Assembly (NCBI GenBank): GCA_951406725.2
Contig: OX597816.1
Coordinates: forward strand, 171,244,001 to 171,308,000
Source of the DNA: Octopus vulgaris
Lineage: Eukaryota
Direction of reading: 5' to 3'
DNA: 64,000 bases
The number at the start of each line of letters is the position of its first letter. The stretch's first letter is position 1. Made by a program: the position numbers and the translations under genes. The notes under the pieces were generated by a model. The model made no database searches, was not told where the DNA came from, and saw only the letters and a program-made list of their open reading frames with translations. Below are positions 12,975-26,035 of the stretch, piece by piece.

Positions 12975-12980
12975 TTTTTT
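12975..12980 (+). terminator. RNA polymerase III terminator (T6)
   Basis: TTTTTT 11 nt after the tRNA 3' end. Confidence 0.75.
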
Positions 12981-13046
12981 CAGCGGTGGTGCCCCAGCAT
13001 GGCCGCGGCCTTCGGGCTAAAAGATTTTTAAGGATTTAAGGATTTA
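12981..13046 (+). mobile_element. Isolated retroelement 3'-tail fragment related to the family A tail
   Basis: gcggtggtgccccagcatggccgcggccttcgggctaaaa followed by repeated aaggattt; same GGTGCYCCAGCATGGCC motif as family A 3' ends. Confidence 0.7.
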
Positions 13047-13485
13047 CATGATCCCAAATATAATGAAAAGCTGTATGTTCTTTAAATTAAAGAAAAAGGT
13101 ATATCTAACCAAGAGGAAAGGTTTAATAAATACCACCAGATAATGGAATAAAAAATGTGCCCACATTGTAAAGTAACTTAAATATGTAACCATAGAAAGA
13201 AAATATAAACCAGTTACTGGATTAAATTCAAAATAAATGAGGGCACATTATCAATATCATTTCCATGATGCAAATTCACTTTTTATTATTAACACATGCA
13301 CACTCTCTATTACATGTGTATATATATATACACATATATATTCACACACACAATATACATACACACATACACTTATCTGGCAGGCAGCTTGAAGTTAATG
13401 GAAAATCAGTCAGCTTTACCTTACGTGGATGCATGTAATGCAACAAAGAATAGCTAAAACTTAAATATTACTAATACAAAATAAA

Positions 13486-13518
<33 letters not shown>

Positions 13519-15612
13519 AAATTTGTTCTGCAAGCTTTTTCAGAAAATAACTTTTTAAATTTCTCTGTACAGTTGATGGGTGGTTTTACAAGAAATATGT
13601 TACATGTGTATGCTCTAATATATGTGAGTGTATATTGTGCTCGGTTTGCTAAATGATATTAAAAGATTGTATTATCATCAGAAAGTCTCCCTAAATAATA
13701 AAGTAGAAACAGATAAGCTATAATCTAAAATTTGAAAGTTTGCCAAAAACCGTCTTACATTTGAAATCTTCAAAGAGTAAGAATACATATCTATAATTCA
13801 AGGCCATCCCAATAATTAAAACTAATTCTCCTCCATGGCAAAAGTTAAGTTTTATTAAGTTTTAAAAAATTTTTGAAACAGCTAAATGGCAGGAATATAT
13901 TATTATCCTCATAAAAAAAAAAACATTAAAAAAATATCATAGAATGAAAATATTAAAATTTTGATTCCATCCGAAAAAATGCATATAGCATTTTACTTTC
14001 TACATAAATTATCAAAACTTTCAATATGTTTTTCTTATAGGTCATATCAATAGAAAAATTCTGCTCTGCTTATGATTCAATTCATGAAAATACTTATTAA
14101 ACTGGAAATTTTGAAGTAGTTCTAGTGCTGGTATTAAAGTAAAATTTTAATGAAAATGGACATTTGCCCACATTATGGTTAAACTGAAGAAATGTAATGA
14201 GTGTGTTGTATCATGTGTAAGCTGTGATGTATCATGAATGGAATGTTTATTATATTGTGTAAATGTGTAATAAAATACCTTTGATGTACAGACAAGGTAA
14301 GGGTTTATTTATATTATCATTTTTTTTTTTTTCACAAATGAACAGAAATATAATGAAATTGTCTCAAAACAAGTTCTCTTGTATTTACCAATCATAGTTA
14401 ACATAGAAAAATGACATGAAATTTGGGTGAGTAGTAAGCACTTGTTCCAAATTTTTTTTTTAAATTGATCTTGAAATTAATTGGGTTTGTAATGAGCAAT
14501 CATCTATTAATTTGATTGAAAGCTCAATGTTTTATCATGCAACTTTACAACAACCAAAGAAAAATATGAAATCAAATCGTGGCCTTTCTGCTTTCAAAGA
14601 TACGAATGTTGTGAGGTAAATGAGATATGAGAGGCAGTATCATATAAAACTGAAGATGGTGACTGAACAAGACTAGTGAGAGAATTTGTTACAAGTTTTA
14701 AGTAAAAACTGATATACATCAAACATGTTAAGATTCTATTTCTAGAAATCTGATATAACTGACAGATTTGTTTTCTTTACAGGATTGTAATTCAATTATG
14801 CTACAACTCAATTATAAGTTAGGTAATGTAAGAAATAGATTTTTAAAAAATTAAAGTTTTCTGGCAAGAAAAGTAAGAGAAAAATTAATGGCTTTATTTA
14901 GTTTGCTGCAAACTGACGGTAATTCTTCTTGGCTTGTATCAAGAGACAAGATACAGCCAATATCAGAGACCAGATAACAAGGTAGCAGCTATCTATTAAC
15001 AAATAACTGTGATAATAACCATATTTTTATTATAAAGGCTCCTTCCTTATTCTACCCCAAGTCAGCTTCACTTTTTACTAACTTATTTTAGTATTCATAA
15101 AAAGAAAATACTAATAAATCTGTTAGGAAAATACAAATATTAGACAAAACATATAAACACAGTGCATGTATATATGTATAGGTGTGTGTATGTATGTACA
15201 CAGATGTAAAATTTTATGTACAATTTAAAAAAATATAGATGAAAAATAAAGAAAATAACACAATTAAAAAATAACATTGATAAAAACAAAAAAAATAACA
15301 AACTACAAAATGTGTTTTCTTTTTACAGATACATTTTTTTTTTTCTTAAAGGCAAATTACTTTTCTTTGGAGCTTTGCTTAATGTCAACCAACAACTTTA
15401 TTATTAGTTTCAGGCATCAGCCTGCTATTGTTGTTGGAACAAAAAAAAAAAAAAGTCTCAAAATAATCTACAGCCATATTGTGTTCATTCAGTTATTTTC
15501 CATTCCTGAACAGATGTTAAACTTGGAAAGGTGGTAGGTATCAAGCTGGTGACTTTAATATTACAACTATTAAGGTTTGAGAAAGATGTCAGTCAACGTG
15601 TGGGGTGTAGGT

Positions 15613-15794
15613 TCATAACCGTTTGATAGTCCGTGCTAAACCTTTGGCAAGTGGGAAACTGGCACAGCAGAATCCCCTCATCATACGCCCCTGCACAACA
15701 TGGTACTCCTCATTGTCAGGTGAGATCAGTTGATCGCCATTTGCGGAACTATCCACGTTAGCATTGTCCTTAAGCCGCAGCTTGGCTAAGTCCA
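15613..15794 (-). CDS. Candidate alternative exon of the PIX gene: 108-nt cassette (15687-15794) or terminal exon by read-through to TGA
   Basis: Acceptor gactttgctgtacag|TG is phase 1, matching the GIT-binding exon. Open frame LDLAKLRLKDNANVDSSANGDQLISPDNEEYHVVQG, internal donor C|gtatga (phase 1), read-through RMMRGFCCASFPLAKGLARTIKRL*. Non-repetitive and GC-richer than the flanks. Confidence 0.6.
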
Positions 15795-16832
15795 CTGTAC
15801 AGCAAAGTCCCGGAAAAGCAGCATTAATAAAAGAGCAGGCGATGATGAGGCAAGTGGGAAGAAATACAGAAATAGACAATGGTGACAAGGTAACTGATGA
15901 CATAAGTCAAATTACCTGAGACTAAACACTGTAAGTAAGGTTAAAATAACAGTCTTATGGTTTCCAATAAGAATCTAATTACAAATTGTTTGAGTTATAC
16001 ACATGTGTATGTATGTGAGTGGACATATAATTACAGATATACACACACACAAAGGAGCAAAAATATTGATTTAAGTTGTAACATTTATACCAATGCAGAG
16101 CTATAGGAAACTGAGGAGACAGCATTTTCAATGTTTTCACTTTTTCTTGTCTATGTGTGTGCACATGTGTTAGAGTGCCTCAGCGAGTGTAATCTTGATA
16201 AATTGCCTAACCTGATGCACATGATCTAACAAGAGATAGCAAAAATAAACCAAAAACAAATCCAACGATTACGTCTCTGTACTTGCTTTAACAACCTCCC
16301 TTAATCTAAGAGAATAATTCTCTATAAATGGCCAACTGTTCTGAAAGATTAATCATAAAACCATGTAATGAAGACAGAAGCATTGTCTCCCTAAATTACT
16401 ATAAATTCATAAGAATATCTATAAAAGAGTATTACTGTGGGGAGGAGGAAAATCTGATAGAACACAACTACAGGCTTCAAAATGAATGCTATGTTATGTT
16501 GCTAAACTCTGGATTAAAAACTAACCCAGGATCAACATAGCCACTCATACTTTTAGCACTGATGAAATTAGTACAAATTTTAGAGATCAGTATAACAATT
16601 TGGGTGCTATATGTAATGTCACCTGATTTAACAGCACTAGCTGAATTCAGATGCCTTTAGCAGAGTCCCTACTTTGTTGCAAGCTTTCAGGCTAACATAA
16701 CTTCCTTCCTTCTTTCCTTCTTTCTTCACACCAATCTCAAATATAATGAGAAAGGTTTTGAGCACGGCCCTTCTTCCTTTAAGTAAGTCATTAAGGGGAT
16801 GACATCCCTCCTCTGAAAAACTGACCTTGTTT

Positions 16833-17062
16833 CTTAACCCTTTATCAATATAACCGGCCATATCTGACCAAAAATATTCAGCCTGTTCTATGTTCAAACT
16901 GGCCAGATCAGGTCTCTCACACCAACCCTACAATATCATCTTAAAAATTAGCAGCTATCTCATCAAAATCTCATAGCTACAAGATAATGCATGATTAGTT
17001 CAAAACAATTTGGATGACAAAGCATTAATTTTGGCAGAATAATGCAAACACTAAAGGGTTAA
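16833..17062. mobile_element. piggyBac-type MITE family 2
   Basis: TTAA-CCCTTT...AAAGGG-TTAA; related copies at ~51930-52158 and ~60583-61159. Confidence 0.85.
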
Positions 17063-17898
17063 AGAAATCAACAGTGCTACATAGTTGATCCATGTTGAGC
17101 CAAGTGGGAGGTTAGGGACAAGGAATAAAGTTATCATGATGCTATGAATCTGCTAATTTGAAGGTGGATAACAGGTAATATTCAATATCTTCCTGATATG
17201 AAAAGCAGACTTAAACAAATTGAGAAACAGTATTTACTGACCATGAGTATAAGCTGATATCAGTATACAGAACTGAATGCTGCTACCAATGTATAAACAA
17301 AAGCAACATCTGGGTCATTTTACTTTTTTACATAAAGAAGGAAGAAGCAGTGTCAAAAAGTTTGTTCTGATACTAATGAATCAATTATATTTATGAATTT
17401 CTACTCAAAAAGAACCCATAATTTTTCTGCCTTACACAGACATCGCAATTATTAATTCTTTACACTAATCGTCTAAGTCAGACTTTAAGAATTTATGTAT
17501 GAGGTTAGTAAAAAATTGTTTACAAATAAAAACAAAATACACGAATACTAATTAAAACTGTAAAATAAAATAATGGTAAAGAGTTCCATGAAATTTGTTC
17601 TTCTCTTATTTAACTTTCTACCATTAATAATTCAACATGAAATTGTGAAAACACATTCAACAGATAGCTTAAATTTTATTGTACATTGGCTTATATTCTT
17701 ACACACAGTAACTTAATATTTACTGTGTTTACAGATTAGGTTTAATATTAGAATTAAAATGCTACTAGAAAGCAAATGTCAGTCATATCATATATGGTTC
17801 TCTGAACATAGAGGAAGCCCTAACCATTTCTAATAGCAGAAAATAAAATAAATTACAACATATAAAAGGCATTTGGCTTCTGAATCATGAGTGTGCAT

Positions 17899-17960
<62 letters not shown>

Positions 17961-19420
17961 GAATACCTAAACTTATGTTAGTAATTGGTTGCAAGACATG
18001 CAATTAACTCAAAAACGATGAAACATGAAAAAACACTTTTAAAAATTAATTTGCTTATATTTATTTTGATAAATGGTTTGTACATATTTTCCCACATTCT
18101 ATTTGATCTTCTACTTTAGTATCGGTATTAAGGTGTTTTATTTTTAATTTGTATGCTGAAACCAATGTAAAGTCAGATAAATTGACTAATTAGCTTTTTT
18201 CTTCATTAATTTTTAAAAGGAAAAAATGTAACTCAAAATGATTGTAAGTCGAGGTATGCCTCTATATATGCATGCACACACACACACACACACACATAAT
18301 TGAAATGGAATTTGAATGGGATGAAAAGTGGTGGTGTCACTATATCAAATGAGAAGGAATAGAAATGCTATCTCTAAAAAATAATGCAAGGTGAGTGAAT
18401 CATATGAATGGAAGTTAAATGTAATTAATATAAACGAAAAAAAATATATTCTGCATATGAATTAGGAATGAAGGAAATACATGCAGGATTAATGAAAGAA
18501 TATATTCAGGGAAGATTTATAAAATCTTAAGTTCCAAAATGACATTTCTGCACAGTGAAGAATTTTACGATTGACTTTATCAAATAAAGCACTAGGTGAG
18601 TCAGATAAATTCCAGAAAACACATTATGGCCTGTGTCAACAAATAAAAAAAAACATAAAATGCTCATAACAGATTCCTACTACTCTTCTGTACACAGTAC
18701 AGGTTACTAACTTATTCATTGCTCTTTGTGACCATTTTATATTTTGTAAAGACACCGAAGTTGTTTCTTTAACTAAACACCATCATTTCTGTGTCATAAT
18801 TACTGTGACAATACATTCTATCACACACAACAGCTATAACTAAACAAAATAAGATTCAGTAGCTACAACACAATTTCAAAATGAAAGTTTAAATCAAATA
18901 ATTGATTAGAGATTAAATAGATTACAATTCTGTACTGAAAAGTCTCCAAGTTCACCTTAGCATTTTTTTCTAGTATCATAGTGAAATAATTACTAAAATA
19001 TGAAATATAACAAGAGTATAACTCACTTTAGAATTATGTAGTGCCCATAACAACTAATAGAATAATCAATGTATGTCACTTATGGAATGAATAACCAAAG
19101 TAAGCCATGTGTTTTAATATCTTTCCCCCCAGTCACCTGTTCATTACATTTAGAATAACAAAAAAATTTGCATTGTTTTAGCTTATAACTGGGTTTGTGC
19201 TTGGGGGTGTGTAATGAAAAGGCTTAGATTAGAAGCTGAAAAGTATCTTAAACTGTTATAACTTGTGCAATTTATTTTTCAACAATCAAACATATTCAAA
19301 GAAATTAGAATATTTAATTTGGTCTTATGCAAACAGTGCCCTTACAGTAAAACGAAAAAAAAATAAAAATAAAAACACTCACACGCAGAAGCACATAATA
19401 AAAGGTAATATATAAATATT

Positions 19421-19652
19421 AAAGGCAGCGAGCTGGCAGAAAAGTTAGCACACCGGGCGAAATACGTAGCCGTATTTCGTCTGCCTTTACGTTCTGAGTT
19501 CAAATTCCGCTGAGGTCGACTTTGCCTTTCATTCTTTCGGGGTCGATAAATTAAGTACCAGTTACGCACTGGGGTCAATATAATCGACTTAATCGGTTTG
19601 TCTGTCCTTGTTTGTCCTCTCTGTGTTTAGCCCCTTGTGGGTAGTTAAGAAA
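19421..19652 (+). mobile_element. SINE family D (Nin/Deu-like domain)
   Basis: aaggcagcgagctggcagaa head, B box GTTCAAATTC, gcctttcattctttcggggtcgataaattaagtacc core; copies at 22152 and 62875. Confidence 0.88.
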
Positions 19653-20029
19653 CAGGTAATATACAAATATGTACATGTGTGTGTGAGAGTAAGAGCAAGA
19701 CAGTGAAACAGTGTAGGGCTGTTTACAGTATCCAACCAGACAGCCAACGGACCCACTCAATACTGTAGATAACAGCAAGACCCCTACCCAAACCCTACAT
19801 AATAGAAGGGAAAATAATCAAGCTTGCCATAGACCATAAATATCCTGAGCTGAAATTATGGTTTTGAAAAGGAAAATGGAAAATGAAGGAAAATAAAAAA
19901 TGAACTTCATAGTAACTTCTGAAATGGATGCAGCACAACAGAAAGATGTCAGTCAACTACAGGTGTGCTCATCAATCTACTTTACCCTAACGAGATTGTG
20001 CTGATTAATCAATTGGCAATCACTGTCAT

Positions 20030-20290
20030 CATCATCATTGTTGTTGTTTTAATGTCCACATTTCCATGCTTGCATGTGTCAGACAGAGTTTACAGGGGGC
20101 AAATTTTCTAAGGCCAGATGCCCTTCCTGTTGTTGCCAACCCCCCACCTGTTTCGAAGTAAGATGATATTTTCGAACGGGCCAAACATGTTTTCATAAAA
20201 TACTGGAATTGAATGATACTGCTTTTATGACAATGACACTGATTAACAATTGTCATGCAATGTCAAGATAAGGAGACACAAACATACATG
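20030..20290 (-). mobile_element. Old SINE/RTE-tail remnant
   Basis: (cat)n...tttccatgcttgcatg...gatgcccttcctgttgttgccaacc is a diverged form of the family E 3' end. Confidence 0.6.
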
Positions 20291-20296
20291 CACACA

Positions 20297-20781
20297 CATC
20301 ATCATTGTTCGACCGGGGTCGAGACAATGGAATTTACCATGCTACGCCAGACTTCACGGTCCATCATGGCATTACGAAGGTCCTGTTGCCGGATGCCTGT
20401 ATCCCTGGAGATTACATCAGGGTAGGAGAGTGTGCACCCTCTGGTATCGCGAGTAGATGGCTTCCAGAGGAGAAGAGTAGAAATTGCCTCGTTTTCAGCT
20501 CAACAACAATGTCCAGCAAACTGGACTCTCCTACCTTTCACAAGAGATGACACAGGTGGTAGTTTCCCATATATTTGCATTTTGGTTGGATGGCGCTTCC
20601 ACGAGAGATTTTGAGCTCTCATAAGGAGGCGAGTGTAGGTTCCATCCAACCGCCTCTCAAGCTTCTTTGATAACGTCCAGGTTTCTGAGCCATATAGTAG
20701 AATTGGTTCGACTGTGGTTTTGAAGATTTCAAGTTTGAAGTCTCTACTTAGATTTGATGACCAGATCTTATGCATGTCATT
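20297..20781 (-). mobile_element. 5'-truncated RTE-clade LINE (ORF C-terminus and 3' end)
   Basis: MHKIWSSNLSRDFKLEIFKTTVEPILLYGSETWTLSKKLERRLDGTYTRLL...QFAGHCC*AENE...MMDREVWRSMVNSIVSTPVEQ*, ending in (TGA)n; one premature stop at 20500-20502. Confidence 0.9.
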
Positions 20782-22151
20782 ATACACACATACACACACA
20801 ATGGGTTGCTTTTAGTATCCATCCACTAGGTCCATTCACAAGGCTTTGGTCAACCAGAGGTAACAGTAGAAGATGCCATATAGTGAAATGAACCTGAAAT
20901 CATGTGGTTGGCTATTAAATGAGTGTTAAATTAGAAGTACAATACTAAATGATACTAAATTAACATTTTCCAACAGTTCTAAAGAAAGTAAATCAGAAAG
21001 TAGCCCTTATACTCATAGTGGCAGCTTAGTGAGTACTCAGAAGAACAAAGATACATCTGAACTAACAAAGGAACTTTGGCATAATTGTTTTGCTACAAAA
21101 AAAGAAATAAAAGCAGCTAAATTTCTATAGGCCAAACACCCGCCACTGGAGGATGTACTTCTAGGCAGATTTCTATGTGAGAAAATAGTCATGTAAACAG
21201 AACTGTTTAGGGACTCAATAAGAAAAAAAAACAATCATTAATAATTTCTTTTGTTCCAAGAAATCTCTGATACCAACAGTCATATTTACTTTGCTATAGG
21301 TCAGATAATACATTGAGTGAATGTATATCATTGTGTGACTGCCTACACACTTGACTCAGCAAAAGGTGAGTTATTTTGGAGTCGTAAATCACAAAGGCAA
21401 TTTTTCAGCTAAATAACTTTGGCTTTGAAGATAGATTTTACTATACTTATAAAAGTTATACTAAATCTCAATTGTTATGATTTCAAAATATCAAATGTCT
21501 TATGCCTAAATGTATATATTGTATCCAAGAGAATTTGAACTAGGAATCTTTACTTCTAAACTGATAACAATTGTTAATGAGTGCCATTGTCATATCCTGG
21601 AGGATAAGAACATTATTATCCTTAGAGTACAAATAAAGTGTTGTTGTTTGAATTTAATGTATTGCTATGTAGACAGCCAAAAATAAGACAGATGTCAGAG
21701 ATGAAACAGATCATTGAATAAATAGCTAGTGAGAAACTTTCAATGAGAGACAGCAGAGGCTCTTCCTGGGGTTACACGGTAGTAATGTTGAGCAGCCATA
21801 CTGGTGATAAACATTACTTCTTGATAAATAAATACTCTAAATTTTAAAAGATTAGGTTAAATGTAAGAAAAAAAAATGTAATGAACAACTACTTATCTCA
21901 AACATTTAGACATAACCACATAAATGACATCAAGAAAATATACTTCTTCATGTCATCACCCCCCACTCCCAATGTCTCAACCATAATAATAGGCTGTCAC
22001 AAATTTTGAGCAAGTAACTGTTTCTACTTAAATTTAATTTAAATCAAAGAATGCAAAAATATCAATATCTAAAAGGATTCTTTTAAAGAAACCTAGCAAA
22101 ACATTTCTTTCATAGCACAAACTATTATACTGGAATGTTCAACATACCTAT

Positions 22152-22374
22152 TTCTACCCACAAGGGGCTAAACACAGAGAGGACAAACAAGGACAGACAA
22201 ATGGATTAAGTCGATTATATCGACCCCAGTGCATAACTGGTACTTATTTAATCGACCCCGAAAGGATGAAAGGCAAAGTCGACCTCGGCGAAATTCGAAC
22301 TCAGAACGTAGTGGCAGACGAAATACGGCTAAGCATTTCACCCAGCGTTCTAACGTTTCTGCCACATCACCGCC
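22152..22374 (-). mobile_element. SINE family D
   Basis: Reverse complement of the 19421 element; 14-bp TSD ttcaacatacctat. Confidence 0.9.
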
Positions 22375-23044
22375 TTCAACATACCTATGATCAAAGACAT
22401 TCCAACCTTGACCGTACCTTGCTTTTCAATATTTTGGAAAACATCCAATATGTTCTCTCTATTGTGAAACAGAAGAGTGTAATCTGATAGAGATTTTGCT
22501 GTCATATCTAGCAGGTAGAGTGATCACAGAGACTTCTTTTGTTAGTTCATGAAGAAAAATTTAATGATGTATGTATTCATGCAGATACATTAGATCTAGG
22601 TTCATAACTATCAATATATGGGTTATAAAATATAAGGCACAAATTCCCATACTTGAACAATATGATGAAATTACTAAAATATGACTAAGTTTGAACATAT
22701 ACAAGTTTGTGATGCTATGCCATAAGCAATACAGAAAATATTGAGATCTTAAATCAATAATAAATATTAAAATGCAGGTAAAACCAATGTTATAAATAAA
22801 ATATGGAAACAAAAAGATTAAAATCAGTAGCTAATATTTCTCAATCCTTTGTTATTTTACTTGTGAAACAATACCCTAACTAAAAACCATAATTTTATCT
22901 TGAAGCTCACAAATAAGAAACTCAAAAGATAGTTCTTCATATGAACAAGGTCAACTTACGACAGAGAAAACTAAGATAAAATGTGAAAATTAAAAGAAGT
23001 TTCAAAACAAAAAAAAAAACTGTTTCATGCATACATACATATAT

Positions 23045-23365
23045 CATCATTTAATGTCTGTCTTCCATGCTGGCATGGGTTGAACAGGTTGACAGGGGGT
23101 TGCCCGCTGAAGAGCTGCTCAGGTTTCATGTCTGTTTTGACACTGTTTCTACGGCTGGATGCCCTTCCTAATGCTAACCACTCCGAGAGTGTAGTGGGTG
23201 CTTTTTACATGCCACCGGCACGGGGGGCCAGTCAGGCGATACTGGCAACGACCTCGCTCGAATCTTTTTACACATGCCACCAGCACAGGTGCCTGTAAGG
23301 CGATGCTGGTAACGATCACGCTCCTAACGGTGCCTTTCACGTGCCACCAGCCCAGAAGCCAGTTA
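23045..23365 (-). mobile_element. Family E retroelement (RTE-type 3' end, (ATG)n tail)
   Basis: catcatttaatgtctgtcttccatgctggcatggg...ggatgcccttcctaatgctaaccactccgagagtgtagtgggtgc. Confidence 0.8.
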
Positions 23366-23439
23366 GCCGCTCTTTGCAAAGGTGCATTATGTAGAGTGGA
23401 ATGCTTTACAAGATTCCATATGAATACTCTGTGTAGGTG

Positions 23440-23945
23440 TGTCATCACCGTCATCACCAATTAAGGTCCCATTTTCCATGTTGGCATGGTTTCTACGGCT
23501 GGATGCCCTTCCTCACGCCAACCATTTTACAGAGTGTACTGGATGCTTTTACGCAGCACTGGCACAGATGCATTTACAAGACACTGATTCAGGTGCTCTT
23601 TACCTGGCACCAGTTCCCATGAGCCTACAAGATCAAGAATGCTCAGCTGGAGAGGGACGCAGGGGACAAACCTGTATTCAAGGGCAACTACACTTTCACT
23701 TAGCTTGACATCCCTTTTCATGCACAGCAAACCCCCAGGAGTTTCAGTCCCTTGTCATCTCCTCTGTGAGTCCCAACATCTGTAGATCCTTTCTCACCAC
23801 TTCGTCCCACAAGTTCCTTCTACAATTAGAGATCAGCACCTCTTGATGCAATTGTCTTCACTCATACACATTTCTTGGCTATATGAGTGCAGTCTTCTCT
23901 CTTGCATGCTACATTTGATGCCTCGTATACCCAGTTTTTCTCTCT
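23440..23945 (-). mobile_element. Decayed RTE LINE 3' end
   Basis: Minus strand reads RGIKCSMQERRLHSYSQEMCMSEDNCIKRC (degenerate RTE C-terminus); 3' end resembles family E. Confidence 0.6.
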
Positions 23946-24175
23946 GTCATGTGTGTGTGTGTGTGTGTGTGTGTGTACTCATACACAAGACTTCACAAGC
24001 TGTGAAAAAATATATATATATAATCACACATTCACACCTTATGTATGTGTGAAGTCTTATGTACGTGTACACTCACTCACATACACCCATAATATATATG
24101 TATATGAGAAAATATTTTTTTAATAGATCAAAATCTAACAGTTTATTGTAATGCCACACTAACTCATAAAAACAT

Positions 24176-25444
24176 AAGTTAAGTCAAAAGTCTTTCCAGA
24201 TTTTCACTGATGATTTTTGGCAACTCGTACCTTTATGTTATATCATTTTGACACAACTAGTTATCCAATCGTTATTAAATCTTTTATGCTTTATTTTCAT
24301 ATATAACGTAAACATTCTTTATTCTTTATTTTACAGTTTTAATATTGAGAGGTGTAAAAAATTGCAATTAGAGGCCTTTTAACACAACCTGTAGGAAAAA
24401 GGACTGAGCGCAAGGGCAGAAACAAAACAAATGAATGGTGTGGAAGGCCCAGGAACTGTCAAGGAAGGAGTGGCACAAAACTGGTTCAGACATTTGAAGG
24501 AAGGTGAGGCTTTGCTTCAAATGGTTGAACAGCAACAAAGCACAAGCTCTTATACATTTTCACAAAGAGGAATGACCATCAAGGAAACCTGTTGTAGAAG
24601 ATGAAGTCTTCTTTCAAATGGTTAAACAACTGCCAAGCACAAGCTCTCATACATTTTTGGCAGACCTTGCTCTTTCACAAAGCACCATCAAGTGACTCGG
24701 TCCTTATGAACAGACACTATCAACAAGTTCCTCATGAACTGACCAGTGACTAGGCTCAGCAACATGTGAACATTTGCAACAACTGCCAGCAAATCTTTGA
24801 GATGCCCATTTTTTGGAGTTAAATTGTAACTGGGGATGAAAGTTTGATCTATTTTCGTAATCCTAATAAGAGAAATCAATGGCTTCATTCTAGCTAGGCT
24901 TCAGAACCTGACGTCAAACAAGTGTTGTTTGAACAGAAGATTATGTTGCGTGTTTGGTGCAATTTTTTGAGATAATGCGCTTTGAGCTTGTTCCAGATGA
25001 TTACGTTTCAATGCTAACCTTTGCGCTCAACAACTGCAGCAAGTACATGATGCTTTCAAAGCCTGCTGCCAAGCACTGGTCAATCAAAGACTTGCACTCC
25101 AACAGAATGACATTGCCCCAGCAAACACAAACTTAAAGAACGTGAAGGGCTGGAAGTACTGCTCACCCTGCCTACAGTCCAGACCTGATTCCATCAGATT
25201 ACCACCTTTTCCAAGCCAGGGTTCATTTCCTGCATGGATACATGTTCAATAATGTGGATGAAATTGTAAATGGGTGCAAGGGGGCTTTTTGCATCTAAAC
25301 CAGCTAAATGGTTGCTAGCATTGAATTTCTGGCTCAATGATGGCAACAGACAATAGAATATGATGGTATATATTTACATACACAATTTGTTTGGACTATT
25401 AATTAAAATTTGAAATATGAAAAAACTTTTGACTCAACCTGGTA
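24176..25444 (+). mobile_element. Degenerate mariner transposon, second subfamily
   Basis: Motifs AQNWFRHLKEG, IVTGDE, HPAYSPDLIPSDYHLF; imperfect TIRs gttaagtcaaaagt / acttttgactcaac; ~45-bp internal duplication (~24517 and ~24613). Confidence 0.85.
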
Positions 25445-25627
25445 CTTTCTAAATCAATGATGATAAAAACATAGCCACATGTCACTTTAAAAAAAAAAGA
25501 AAAGAAATCAAGCAGCTTCACATCAACATACTAAATTTAGTTACCAAAACATAACTATTATTTTTTTTTTCCTCAGTCCCTCAAAATTTATAAGTAGACT
25601 TCCAGGAGATTTGTTTTACATTTTTTT

Positions 25628-26035
25628 TTTTTACTTGTTTCAGTCATTTGACTGAAGCCATGCTGGAGCACCGCCTTTAGTCGAGCAAATCGACCCCGGG
25701 ACTTATTCTTTTGTAAGCCCAGTACTTATTCTATCGGCCTATTTTTACCGAACCGCTAAGTGACGGGGACGTAAACACACCAGCATCGGTTGTCAAGCAA
25801 TGCTAGGGGAACAAACACAGACACACACATACATATATATATATTATATATATATATATACACACATATATACGACACGCTTCTTTCAGTTTCCGTCTAC
25901 CAAATCCACTCACAAGGCATTGGTCGGCCCGAGGCTATAGTAGAAGACACTTGCCCAAGGTGCCACGCAGTGGGACTGAACCCGGAACCATGTGGTTGGT
26001 TAGCAAGCTACTTACCACACAGCCACTCCTGCGCC
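25628..26035 (-). mobile_element. SINE family A, full length
   Basis: Reverse complement of 8448-8871. Confidence 0.93.
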
